From assembly GCA_002633005.1 (NCBI GenBank), contig NMRA01000261.1:186001-250000 (forward strand): 64,000 bases of DNA, in the 5' to 3' direction. The notes below the pieces were generated by a model, which searched no databases, was not told where the DNA came from, and saw only the letters and a program-made list of their open reading frames with translations. Source of the stretch: Phoronis australis. Its lineage: Eukaryota; Animalia; Phoronida. Below are positions 52,801-64,000 of the stretch, piece by piece; within the stretch, counting starts at the first letter, position 1; every line of letters starts with the position of its first letter. The position numbers were made by a program, and so were the translations under genes.

Positions 52801-55800
52801 CAACATCTCACCAATGAAGGACACCACATAATGGAGAAGTCAAAATTGATTTTTTCATAGAAGATAAGTTGCATCTGATGCTTTTATCATTACTGAGTTC
52901 TCTACCTTATTTGTATCATCGAAGTTGAAATTGTGTGCGTTCAAAAGTTCAACTGTTAGAAGGCTTTAAAAATGGATATCAATTTTGACAATTATTTCGT
53001 GCAGAAAATTGGTGAGATTTACCTTAGATTTGAAATGGAGATTGCTTTTGTTACAGGGCCCTCACTCAAAGTACATGTGCCTCCTGAGAGGGGAATTTTC
53101 AGGTGTGGGGGGAAATCATCTGATGGTCACCAATTACACCCCTGCTTATCACCCAGTCCCCCCACACTACCTCAAGTGGCTTATCCTCTGTATTAAAAAC
53201 AAAACAAAGGGTTCCACCCTGAAATATTGTCCAAAACTAATTGTTTTCAAAGATGGGGCTTTAATACTGCTTTAAAATGACAAGATGCGTATAATAAAAG
53301 GAATGTACAAAGTATATGTAATATACAACATCAGCCAAGAGAATGCTCACCTGACATGTATATTTCCCGACATAACCAAAGAAACGACCTATGATGACAT
53401 ACAGTTTTCGGCGCTATCGCAAATGATTACCGCTTGGAAATTGTGATTGGTCCCTTTCTCTGCGACATCCTAGATGATTATTAGCAGTAGTATTAACTTT
53501 ATCGTTATTTTTATAATTTTTATGACAATGTTTATGTGTGACCTCAAACCAGTATGCACTTTACATTATTCCAGACTGATTCTGATTGGTAACCCTGTAG
53601 CTAATGTAATGTAGTGGTAAACCTATCTAGTTACATCCATTGTACTATTATTTCAGACAACAATGCAGACTATCCTGGGCCAAGCATTGGACTTGACCAC
53701 GTCACCAGTAGATGGCTCTGTAGACCTCAACAAGTTCAGCATGGACAGATACAGTGCCATCGTCAAGTGGAAAACTGCTTTCTACTCCTTCTATTTACCT
53801 GTTGCTATAGCAATGTACATGGTGCGTATGAGCTGGCAAGTGCCCAGTTATCCAGGTAAACTAATATACCTGTTTACTAACTCACTAGTTGTGGGTATGG
53901 TGATCAGTCAAGTTGATGCCTGAAAATAGCTTCATTTGACCATCTGCCTTGTGGCGGGGCTGGTCTTGTTGCTTTTACCAAAGGGGTTATTCAATTTGTC
54001 TATCTATGGTCATGCAGTCTGGTTTCCAAGCAAGAAGTCAAAAATGTAAGTCTCAATATGTCGTCCACACTTTCAGTATGAAAATGCGTATTATACATCA
54101 TGGAACCCTGTTGATGTCTTGTTAAATCTGCACATGGTAAAGTCTCTTATTTCTTAAAAGCTTAGAGGGAACATCAGCATATATGTCATAATTGTCTCCA
54201 ATCTCTGGTGTATTGGACAGGTGCGCAGTTCCATCAAATTATGAACAGAGCACACTGGCCAGGGTCTGATGCCCTATTGAATATAATATTTATGCGCCCA
54301 CATAGGTATATGTGAGCGCATGTTGTCATCATCTTGTCCGGCTGTCACAATGGTATATGACGGCTATATGATGTTGATTACGGATGTGACTACTTTTGCT
54401 TGGATACGAGTACTACCATGCCATCTTGTGACAATTTCAAGTTTAAACTTTTCCTCTACATGTATCAAGTTTCTCGCTGGATTTTAATAAAATTTGTCAA
54501 ATGTGTTCTTATAAGTATAGGACACTACCCATGAGTTGTCTGACACACCCGGCTTCTGATGTCCCCTGTGGTGACAGTTTTAGTGTTCTGGTGTATGTTG
54601 TTTTTGGTGATGACCTCTCTATCTGCCTAAATGTTTGAAGGATAATCATGAAATTTGAGGCATATGTTCCTATTGGTATGACGGACATTGAATTTTAGAC
54701 AGATCCAAATACTGCCATGCCTCCTAATGTCAATTTCATTTTTGTGTCTGTGTCATTATCTGCCAAGCTTGGTGAAGGATCTTTATGAAATTTATGCTTT
54801 TAGTTGAGAGAGCGTGGTTGAAATTGATTTTCGGAAGAATCTGACTGCTGCTATGTCCCCTATGTTGTGGCAATTTATTTTATTAGTGTGTCTCATTATC
54901 TGCAAAGTTCTGTAAAGCACAGCTTATTTTGACTTTCGGAAGTTTCAACTACTGCTGTGCCTCATAGTGATCACTTTTCTTATCTGCCTATCTTCCAAAC
55001 TCCCTGAAAAACTGTCATGGCAAATGAATTTCTATTGAGGTTATCACGCATGACTTGTCATTGATTATTAGGTCTAAATGCTGTAGTGTTTTATTGCTTT
55101 GTTTGCGGTAATCGTAATATCTACTAGGATTACGTTTGTCAATTTTCAAATGCCTAGTACCCCGGACTCACAGTTCTAAGCAAATTCTGGTAACAGCAAA
55201 AATTACTGGTAACAACTATTAGCATGGCAAAATTCTAATCACAAAATGGCTTATCTCCCTTGATAACTTTCCTGTTAATGGTCCCTTCACTCCCAGTTAT
55301 GTGGGAAGACTACTTCCGTCCAGCCTTCATGATGTGGAATTCTGGGTCATTTTGTCTGAGTACTTTTAGCTTGTATAGGCATCTTTCTTCAATACTTTTG
55401 GGCATCAGTAATCTCTAAAATACGTTTTATTTCAGGCTGGACTTAATGACCCTGATGAGTTGTCTAATGCCAAAACTATTTTACTGGAAATGGGACACTT
55501 CTTCCAAGTTCAAGTAAGTTTGAGAACATGTTTGGTCACGCACAAGCACTGTTTGTAATCATTTCCTGTTATATTCTTCTACGAATGTTTATTAGTTGTT
55601 TCAAATATTTTGTCGGGACCTAAATTAGGTGTTGCACATATGACGAGCGCCGTTTTTTGTTAGGTTGTATTTGCTTCAACAAGAAGAGAATTTAAGTTCT
55701 GATAAAAGGCACTTAAGATTATGTAGGGCCTTATTCACAAATTTGTGCATCAAGCCAAATTTCTACAAAACCGTACATTCTTTCTCAATAAAAGTATATA

Positions 55801-58059
55801 TTTCCAAAAGTAAGAAGAAAGTTGTGAATTTGATGTTGAATTTATATCAAACAGTTATAAATTGGGTCAAGTGACCATGTCTTTTTGTAAAATTTTATAG
55901 CAAAAACGAAAGTTACATCTGTAACAAAGCATGGTATCAATGACATGTCCCAATTTCATTTGATATAAATGTTCAAGACAACATCTCAAAAACACCGTTA
56001 TAGTTTTAAACATTATCATTTCATTTTATGCAATTAGAGTTTTTTCATAAAAACCAGAAAGGTCCTATTTTTGGCAATCCCTGATGCAAACATGTAATCT
56101 TTTCAAAAGCAATGTTTTGACAATGTTGGTTATGGAAAACAGTACATACAGCATGGTATCTTCAGGTTTCGTATGAATCCAGTCAACCTTTTGTGAGATG
56201 TGATCCGAAGTTTGCCGAATTTGGACTTTTTTGAGGGTCCTGCATAACCTGAAGTATTTCTCATCCATGGTCCCAATATGACTAGCTCATAGGCTGTTCG
56301 TCTTATCCATGTTCAACATTCTCAAACTTAGCCTGGTGCTGTCCAAAACCTATGCGCTTTCAGATGAAGATATATACTCCAAATCAACTGTGAAGTTTTT
56401 TCCTTTTGAGACAGTGTATGTGCCTCTGGTTGTTTTAAGTTGCCTGGCCAGTCTAAGTACTTGTAGTATGTGAACAAAGTAAGCTAAGTACACAACTGAT
56501 TGGCTTTGCTGGCAAATGAAGGTACAGCCATAATAGCACTGTCCCGGAGTGGTCCATTTGAACGAGGAGCACTGTTCAATGTGTACTTTGTCCCCTTTAT
56601 GATGAACAAACCCAACTGTAAGGTTTCAATAAGCATTCTCCTTGCTGTTAACGGGTAACTGGCGTTGAGCTGTGTGCAAAGTTTACTTGTTGGCTGTGTA
56701 CTTAGTTCTTGATTTGCATCACGCCTAAGTGTGAAGTTGGGCTTCTGAAAGCAGCTAAATTTACCTTTAATCGTTTATGAATTGAGGGCATTTCTAAATG
56801 CGAGATTATGAAGCCCATCTTTGGGCCTCTTAGTTAGCATGTTCTGATCCTGATATTGTAGTTATGCACGTCTGTGATTGGTAATAGTGACCCTTGCTCT
56901 TGCTTATTCCGATCATTTGCTTCCTGATAGGATGATTACCTTGATTGCTATGGTGACCCAGCAGTGACGGGGAAAATTGGCACAGATATTGAAGACAACA
57001 AGTGTGGGTGGCTAGTCAACCAAGCACTCAAATTGTGTACTGAAGAACAGCGCAAGATTCTGGAGGTTAGTGCCTGTCCTGGCTATTCTCTGAAAGGTCT
57101 GGCGAAATGATATTAGTTTTCGAAATGTTGTCCGTCGAATGCAAACCAAGCAAGCCCTATTCTGTCATCGTATGTCACGCTCATGAAATAAATAAGTTTG
57201 CTTAGAACACTATCTAACTCAGTTGAAGTAAATTAAAACAAGATATGTGTGCACGGCCCATTTTGCTGGGTTTTTGTCCTCACCTCATCTTTTCGTAATT
57301 TTATGTTTTCACAAGCTCAAAAATTAAAGCTTTTGTGAGGGAGGGATCAAGGTTTGCTGATGTCATCAAAATGGTAATGCAATGAAAGAGGGACAACTAT
57401 GAATTGTTCTTAATATTCATCTGTTTATCATGTTCCAATGGGCACTTTAATGTATTCGGTTTCAAGCGACTACAAACTCACTTTTTCATCACAAAAATCA
57501 AAACTTTGGTTTAGACCATTTACCTGTTGTTCTCAAATTGTTCCTCTGACAAATTGGAGACCATTCTGGGACCTCAATTGTACTGACCGTTGGTTGTTGC
57601 TTGTGACCAGGTGCTACAAGTTGACTTGTCACGGTGAAGCATCTTATGCACCGAGCATGGTCTCACACAACAGTGAACTGTCACTTCTCATTTGAGTAAA
57701 GAACACGTTGAGACCTTGTTGTACAGCGACAAGTCGTCTGAATCAAAAGTTAGCTTCTTGGATGGAACGCCGGGTCTATAGCTGCTTTAAAAGCCTGGTT
57801 ACTAAGGTGTACATATTTATAGCCATATAGACTACACACTCGGTGTTTTTTCTTTTAGGACAACTACGGCAAGAAGGATCCGGCATGTGTTGCCAAGGTG
57901 AAACAGTTGTATGATGAATTACACTTGAAGCATGTGTATTCAGACTATGAAGAAGAGAGTTATCAAGAGTTAATGAGACTCATAGAGATATATTGTAAAC
58001 ATTTACCAAAACAAGTCTTTACATCATTTGCGGCGAAAATCTATAAAAGAGATAAGTAA
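49713..58059 (+). CDS. FDPS: Farnesyl diphosphate synthase, 8 coding exons, 351 aa
   Basis: join(49713-49850,50148-50282,52360-52440,52637-52759,53657-53821,55436-55513,56931-57065,57859-58059). All introns are GT-AG and the frame is open. Motifs: [24 protein letters not shown] (FARM), [26 protein letters not shown] (SARM), [13 protein letters not shown] and C-terminal KIYKRDK. Confidence 0.98.
50148..50282 (+). CDS. FDPS: FDPS coding exon 2 ([14 protein letters not shown]...GWCIEL)
   Basis: AG/GT boundaries and the conserved GKxNRG motif. Confidence 0.95.
50340..51230 (-). mobile_element. Second Kolobok-type THAP element, in FDPS intron 2
   Basis: TTAA on both sides (50336-50339 and 51231-51234). 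TIRs AAATTTTCTGGTTATCCTAGATAAATT / AATTTATCTAGGATAACCGGAAAATTT. The minus strand from ATG 51034 reads [26 protein letters not shown]...VKNAVLP...YHVCGKYF...LKKN, homologous to the THAP at 835. Confidence 0.85.
52360..52440 (+). CDS. FDPS: FDPS coding exon 3 ([13 protein letters not shown]...CWYKV; FARM)
   Basis: TTTCAG acceptor, GTG|GTGAGT donor, first DDxxD motif. Confidence 0.97.
52637..52759 (+). CDS. FDPS: FDPS coding exon 4 ([10 protein letters not shown]...ELFHE)
   Basis: TTCTAG acceptor, GAG|GTACGT donor, AIND motif. Confidence 0.96.
53657..53821 (+). CDS. FDPS: FDPS coding exon 5 ([12 protein letters not shown]...[17 protein letters not shown])
   Basis: TTTCAG acceptor, ATG|GTGCGT donor, GQxxD and KT motifs. 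Confidence 0.97.
54289..55010 (+). mobile_element. Degraded HINE/pearl-like element in FDPS intron 5
   Basis: Starts with the hairpin TTTATGCGCCCACATAGGTATATGTGAGCGCAT, the reverse orientation of the 19774-19808 terminus. ~140-bp degenerate repeats follow (ACTGC.ATG.C.C.TA.TG..AATTT). Confidence 0.65.
55436..55513 (+). CDS. FDPS: FDPS coding exon 6 (AGLNDP...MGHFFQVQ)
   Basis: TTTCAG acceptor and CAA|GTAAGT donor. Confidence 0.96.
55717..56249. mobile_element. TTAA-site MITE (Kolobok-like termini) in FDPS intron 6
   Basis: TTAA-GATTATGTAGGGCC at the left and GGTCCTGCATAACC-TGAA at the right. Confidence 0.65.
56931..57065 (+). CDS. FDPS: FDPS coding exon 7 ([10 protein letters not shown]...RKILE; SARM)
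   Basis: GATAG acceptor, GAG|GTTAGT donor, second DDxxD motif. Confidence 0.97.
57859..58059 (+). CDS. FDPS: FDPS coding exon 8 (DNYGKKD...KIYKRDK*)
   Basis: TTTTAG acceptor, basic C-terminus, TAA at 58057-58059. Confidence 0.96.
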   Translation, partial: DNYGKKDPACVAKVKQLYDELHLKHVYSDYEEESYQELMRLIEIYCKHLPKQVFTSFAAKIYKRDK

Positions 58060-58805
58060 ATTAGAGGAAAGTATAGCTTTACACTGTTTTAGTTGGTGCA
58101 GTTGCAAGTATATTTGATGAAGATTGAGTAACAGGGCATTGTAAGTCAATGAAATCTGAGGTTTGTCTCTTTTTTGAGAGTTTCTGCAGGTGCAAATACA
58201 ACTAGTTATGTGACTTTAATTATTACTGTATGAACCAAGTTTCAAATGGTAATTTTATCCAAAAGGGGACACTACTGTGGAAGCGCACAATTGAGAATTT
58301 CGTTTTTATAGAATTTTTATAAAAAGGTAAACACTATCTTATGTATTTTGAATTTGGTTTTCTTTGGACACATAGCCTGCCTGTCTATAAATATATCTTT
58401 TGATGAGTATGTACCTACTTTAGGTAGAAACCGCGTTAAACACAATTATGCCTAAATTTTGCAAAAACAAAATGCAATTCCAGTGAAGCATAAGATAACG
58501 CCTATGATTTTCAACATGAAATCGACATTTTTCTACAGCAAATGCCAGATGTCCCCATGGGCAGACAACTTTTAACTCATGGAGTTCATCATAGTTACTT
58601 GTCTCTCTGAGTGAAGACCAGTACCTCTCACCTTGTTTTTAAATGTTATTGTTTGTGGTCAAGGGCTTAGTGAAGCATGTCTGATGAATAGTATGCGATG
58701 ATACATGGAAAATCATGGCAAATGAATTGATGAAGATGAATGTTTAACTTAGTGCAAAAGGATGATTCGCACAAATGGTTCACAGTATTTCTTTTTTTGG
58801 TTTAA

Positions 58806-59110
58806 GGTTATGTAGGACCTTAGAGAAATCTCTAAATTGCCAAACTTTGGAACACGATTTCTCAGATATGACTGACTGGATTCATGTCAAACTTTTAGAG
58901 AAAACAGTGTTAGGAATCGTTTTTAAAATGTTCCACTTTTGCATCAGGGATGTCAAGTAATAGGACTTTTATGGGGTTTTTTTTAAACTCAAATTTGCAT
59001 CAACTGAAAACAAAATGATAATTTATAAAACTGTAATCGTGTTTTTGAGATTCTATCTTGAGCATTTATATCAAAGGAAGTTTGGTTATGCTATTGATAT
59101 TTTGCTAAGT
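58806..59110 (+). mobile_element. Truncated copy of the TTAA MITE family, inverted relative to 55717-56249
   Basis: Starts TTAA-GGTTATGTAGGACC and aligns by eye to the reverse complement of ~55930-56249. Confidence 0.65.
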
Positions 59111-59212
59111 GTTACTTAGTAGGCTTGGTCATGTGAGCCAATTACATGCAGATACTATAAAGTCTAAAACCAAATTCTTCAAGCTTTCTGCTCTAAGAAA
59201 ATAGATACCTTT

Positions 59213-59440
59213 ATTTAGTAAATAGCTAAATAGCACACTACTTCATTTTCTTGACATGTTTGGAGGTGCACTCCACATTCTCATGTGTCACACCTGTATG
59301 ACCTTTTACTTGTTACCTTGACCTTTGCTTGTTACCTTGACCTTTACATCATGCTGGTTCTTGTACCTTTGAGAATAAGGAGTGCACATTCAAACATGTC
59401 AGCAAAATGAAGTTGTGTTCTATTTGGCTATCTATTAAAT
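59213..59440. mobile_element. Foldback MITE with ~70-bp arms downstream of the FDPS stop
   Basis: 59213-59283 matches the reverse complement of 59370-59440 (AATAG.TAAATAG...ACTTCATTTT..TGACATGTTTG...GTGCACTCC..ATTCTCA). Confidence 0.8.
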
Positions 59441-59684
59441 GTTTGACTGCGCTTATGCTGAACAGGTCTTTTTGGAAATGTACTATTATGGAGTAAAAAT
59501 CCATAATTTTGCTGATACTTGGCAATATACGTACTTGTCCATGAGGTCCTAGGTAACCTTAATAGGTCTTCAGTGATGTGTGTAAGTTGTGTATGATATG
59601 AGTACCAGTGTACAAATAATGTGATTGTATAAGTATCAAATTAATATATAAACAAAGCACAAAGTTTGTCCATGGATGTCTTTC

Positions 59685-59690
59685 AATAAA
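59685..59690 (+). terminator. Candidate FDPS polyadenylation signal AATAAA
   Basis: This is the first canonical AATAAA I noticed after the stop. T/GT-rich sequence follows it. Confidence 0.4.
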
Positions 59691-60159
59691 CTAAAAATTT
59701 TATGAGGTCTAGTTTTATTTGTACAGTGCTTTTTTCGGTGTTTAGTTTCTGGTAAGCTGGGATTCCCGAGTCACCTAGTTTCCTTGAAGTCTATGTTGTT
59801 ACAACGTAGACTACATCATCATTGTGCATGGCTGTCAGTACTACAGTTGAATTGTCATATTCGACTAGTATGAAAAATGTGTGTTGACAGGTGTACGATT
59901 TTTTAGGTTTGCTAGTCCTTCGTGGGAGTTTGCCACAACAAGTCCTGGTAATCACTTTGTCTTTTTTGACAGGGGCCAATTGAAATGGTTTAAATGAGTC
60001 ATGTGATAACTGATCCGCAATACTGTACACTGAACAGAGCCAGGAAATGTTCTCATTCGGCTATGTTGTTCTTCGAATTGGCATCATTCCTATACAAAAT
60101 AGTGTGATTATTTATCAATGGTAGTTTATTGAAGGAATCAGGGTGACAACTGAATTTCT

Positions 60160-60406
60160 CATGCGCGCACCCAGCCTTTAAAATGGGGAGGCTCGAATTC
60201 CTGACGTTATGGACCTTTTGCTAATAAAAGAGAGGGCGGACCAAAAAAAAAAACGGAAACACCACTGTGAATTGCTCGTTTGCGCTTATTTACTGGAATT
60301 TTGTCCCATTTCCTCGGACATTTTGTCTCTCCGGGGCGGACCTTTCTGCCCACTTCGCCAAATGGGGGGTTCGTTCGACCCCCCCCCCCCCCCGGGTGCG
60401 CGCATG
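60160..60406. mobile_element. GC-tipped MITE with a 5-bp TSD
   Basis: Perfect TIR CATGCGCGCACCC / GGGTGCGCGCATG. TSD TTTCT at 60155-60159 and 60407-60411. Confidence 0.85.
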
Positions 60407-61436
60407 TTTCTTATGACTCGTGGAATCGCTTTCACTTTCAAATACGGCTTACTATGTGCAAACACGGCTCGGTAGCTGTAAACACAGTCCACTAGTGTAT
60501 AAACCGTGTTGAGTGCGACCCCGCCTTATTAGTAAACCTGTTAACTGGGTCACGTCCGTGAGTTGTCATTTTAGAACTGCGTAAGCGATGTTCGGGTAAC
60601 CTGTTAATAAATTGAAATCGTTGGGATTGTTAAAAAGCGCTTTCATTTGGGCAGTGTTTTACGACGCCGATTTCTCAATATACAAAACGCTGCGTCGCTG
60701 ATGTGCGACTTATACGTTATTATTAGCAGTTTTAGTCGTACTGGGAGTAGTACCGGTAATAGTAGTTTTATTACTAATAATATTAATAGTAGTAGTTGTA
60801 GCAGTAGAAATACTGGTAGTATTATATTATTAGTGTGGTATTATTTATCATAATCATTATAATAACTTGCGCATACACTCCAAACTGTGTTCGTCTAGTG
60901 GACGTCAATTTCGAGTAAAATCCTTATTTTACTGGTTTCACGAATAATTTTTAGTTTTTGTCGTTGTACAAGACAGTACAGTGAATTCCCCAAGTTCTTG
61001 AAGCATGTAGGCTTACCCCAGTCTCGCATGTCGCACGACTATATAAGTATCCATAAAGCATTCTCGAGTTGGGTGGATTTAATGAATTTAACTGGTTAAA
61101 CCCATAAGCCCAGCTCAACAGTACGCCGAGTTGTTACTGAAGTGCAGCTGGACCATATAGGGAGGCAGGGGCGAAGACGTTGTTTGCAAACATATAAGGC
61201 CGAGAAATCGAGGTTGACCGATCGGGCAAAAATGGCGGTAACCGAGGGAGAAACGAATTACTGGAATAGTTGACGTTTCGGCTCGTAAAGGAATGAAAAC
61301 CAACGAGGTTGAGGAAGTTCACATGAGGTTTAAAGAGACGAGTTTTGGTCCAAATTGAGAGTCTCTATATTTGTTATCAAGGTTTATTTCCTATGTGAAA
61401 TTTACCTACACTAAGACCTGAAAAAAGTTTAGTGTT

Positions 61437-61722
61437 GGACGTCTGAGTGACGGAGTCAGACACTTAATTGCAACCAGCCTGAGTCTGGCCCTGGCAGCGG
61501 CATGTTAAATACTGACGTTGATTAAAGAACTCACTGTTTNTTACATGCTAGCGAAATAGACACGTTTTAGTTAAGTCTTCAAACGAAAAATTTAGCAATA
61601 GTATATCAACGGTCGCGCAGGACGTCTGAGTGACGGAGTCAGACACTTAATTGCAACCAGCCTGAGTCTGGCCCTGGCAGCGGCATGTTAAATACTGACG
61701 TTGATTAAAGAACTCACTGTTT
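61437..61722. repeat. Identical ~103-bp direct duplication split by a single N
   Basis: 61437-61539 equals 61620-61722, with an N at 61540. Confidence 0.8.
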
Positions 61723-61800
61723 TATTTTTTGCGGCCCTCAAGGTGGGTGCCCCCCNCCCCCCTAAATCCGCCTATGCGAGAAAAAAAAATTGGTCTTATG

Positions 61801-62121
61801 CAGGGGCGGATCCAGGATTTGAGTTGGGTGGTAGGGCACAGGAATAACCAGAATTTCGCCACATGCGGGCGCTCAGCCTAAAATGTAGGGATGCAAGGGT
61901 ATCGAATTTTTGTGTTTGTGGACCTTGTTACTAAAAAAATAAATAAAAAACGGTAAACGGGGTTTGTTCCAGGCCTATGCACTATGCATTGTGCATTCAC
62001 CCCCCGAGCCCTCCTGGGTGCGCGCATATGCAAGTCACAATTCTCACCCCTAACTGCCAAATGGTATCTGGGAGAATTTTAGGGGGGCATGGGCCCCTTG
62101 GCCCCCCTAAATCCGCCAGTG
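61801..62121. mobile_element. GC-tipped MITE (CAGGGGCGGAT...ATCCGCCAGTG)
   Basis: TIRs with G/C-run subtermini. The flanks TTATG and TTACA fit a decayed TTACG 5-bp TSD. An orphan right end lies at ~61745-61776. Confidence 0.7.
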
Positions 62122-64000
62122 TTACACACGGACACCTCGAGACAGTCGTCGACGGACAGTAGCCTACGGAGCCTGTGCTGAGGCTACGGAAAACCTGTCA
62201 GTCTGAGGCAACGTATTTCACTATCCCTTTTCAATACTCGTTAGACATTGGTCGAGCCAGCTCAAAAGTTTCACTAGACACATTATTCCGCGTATACGTG
62301 GGATATTACTTCATGTGAGCCACTCTAGTTACGTTTTGTGTATTTATTAAGCAGTCGTGTCGTAACACATTTCTGGTCATGTGAGAAAAAGGTTTAGGCA
62401 CGTGGTAATTACCACATCATAATCTTGAAATAACGAATAGAAATTATCTCAGTACAGCAGGTGATATTTTGTTGAGGCCAAAAAACACAATTGGTTCTAG
62501 TCTGCGACAGACTAATTTGGGAAGCTGCGCCTCACTGCTTAAAAGAGGATCCAGACAAATTTCAGGTGCCACCAGTTGACTTATTCTTTTCGAAAATATG
62601 GACTAAAAGTACCGCATCCGCATCAAATTTCAAAAAAATCATAGGATGGAGACAATTATGCTATTTTCTTCAGCCTAAGATACAGATTGAATTTTCTGAA
62701 ACAAAAAAACGGCTTTATTCTTAAAATGTCACCAGAACTGTTTACAAACAATACATTTGCATCCATGGGTCTGGTTCTGCACAGGATGGAAGCACGTTTC
62801 GAATGAACCATTAACTGTCATTACATATATTTTTACACATTATTTCGAGACGAATTAATTAATTAATTGCTGTCATTCCCCTTTGTATTGTAACTACTAT
62901 TCATAACTTGATAGATTATAAAAATACAAAATACATCGAATTTTGAATACTTAGCTTGTCAACAATTTACAATACCGAATTTCCTTTCAGCAATAAGATA
63001 AAGTCTCTCGCACAAATTATTACAAGAAAAAACGTGCTTGGAAAATCTAACACGCCTTCTAAAGGCCTAAACATGTAAATAATTTACCTTTTAAACAGTT
63101 CTAGTATGTGGTTACAGAACGTTTCCTCTTTTCGTTATAACACCGTTCGTTTTACTTTATGTGCTAAAATAAAGGTCTGAACAGCCCTCCCATTAGTCTA
63201 TGTGAAAAGGGTGTTCTAACATGCAGTGTCAAATGGCATCTTAGAAACACTTCCTGTCTTCTTTCAACAAATGTGATCAAGAGATTTTCGATGTAACAAA
63301 ATTCTACTAATCCCTTCATCAACATCTTCCCCCTTAAATCTAATATAGGACAGAAATACATTGTCTACTTAAAATACTGTTTCCACACGGCAACACCGGC
63401 GACAAATGTTGCCGGGATGGAGGACCAACGTGATCCTATTGCACCTGAGAAAATGTTAAATCACTGCTTCATTAAATCTGTGCAGACAAGACAGCCTAAC
63501 AAATTTGCAGCGTTCACCTGAAGAGGCAAGGAGACTGGTCGAAATGAACTGTTCCCCTCCTACTGTCACAACTGATTGACAGATATGTTTTACTTAATAC
63601 CAGAATGTAATTAAATAAATGTTAGCGCAACGTTGAAGTTATTTACCAACATGCACTACGAACTGGCGTCTCGCATAATTTCAAATTTTTTTTTTCAAAT
63701 CCTAGCTATGCTTGTGCAGTGTAATAACCATAGCGTCAATGTTGACTTCTGTAGGTTCTGGTGATAGCTTCTTGATACACGGTAGAAGTTTCCCGTACTA
63801 TCCGAGTAGTCGTGGAACACCAGTATAATTTGTTGAGTGGTTCTGTAATAGATAAAGGCGACATGTTATTCCGCCTTCTCGGGATTAAAACGTTTGTATG
63901 TGCAGCAAACCCATTTCGATAAACGTAAACAAATGTGCTTTCTAAATCTTTAAACATGCCTCATTGTAAATTCATGCACAGTCCCTCGCGTATGTGTCCG

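Noticed and set aside
61437-61722. Biological direct repeat or LTR pair
   Set aside because: Identical copies with an N exactly at the end of the first suggest a contig overlap or haplotype join artefact.

Overview
Animal (invertebrate-type, AT-rich, repeat-dense) genomic DNA with two assembly gaps (2444-2517 and 47285-48235). The only host protein-coding gene I can support is a complete farnesyl diphosphate synthase (FDPS) on the + strand: 8 coding exons from 49713 to 58059, 351 aa, with both DDxxD motifs. It probably has a CCAAT-box promoter and a non-coding first exon near 46.8-46.9 kb. The rest is mostly transposon-derived. There are two related THAP-domain Kolobok-type elements at TTAA sites, several Helentron-associated (HINE/pearl-like) elements, a family of GC-tipped elements with 5-bp TSDs (hAT5-like), two L1/Tx1 LINE fragments, a Gypsy RNaseH-integrase-PPT-LTR remnant, tRNA-derived SINE heads and foldback MITEs. 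The left ~37 kb looks like a minus-strand spliced transcript with no recognisable ORF. I found no CRISPR array, rRNA or intact tRNA, and no clear novel multi-gene system. The best leads are HINE satellite arrays carrying co-oriented CTCF-like motifs about every 145 bp, a DNA transposon carrying a Pol III tRNA-like cassette, and a perfect palindrome plus inverted repeat bracketing the FDPS promoter. All calls are from reading and hand translation, with no database searches.
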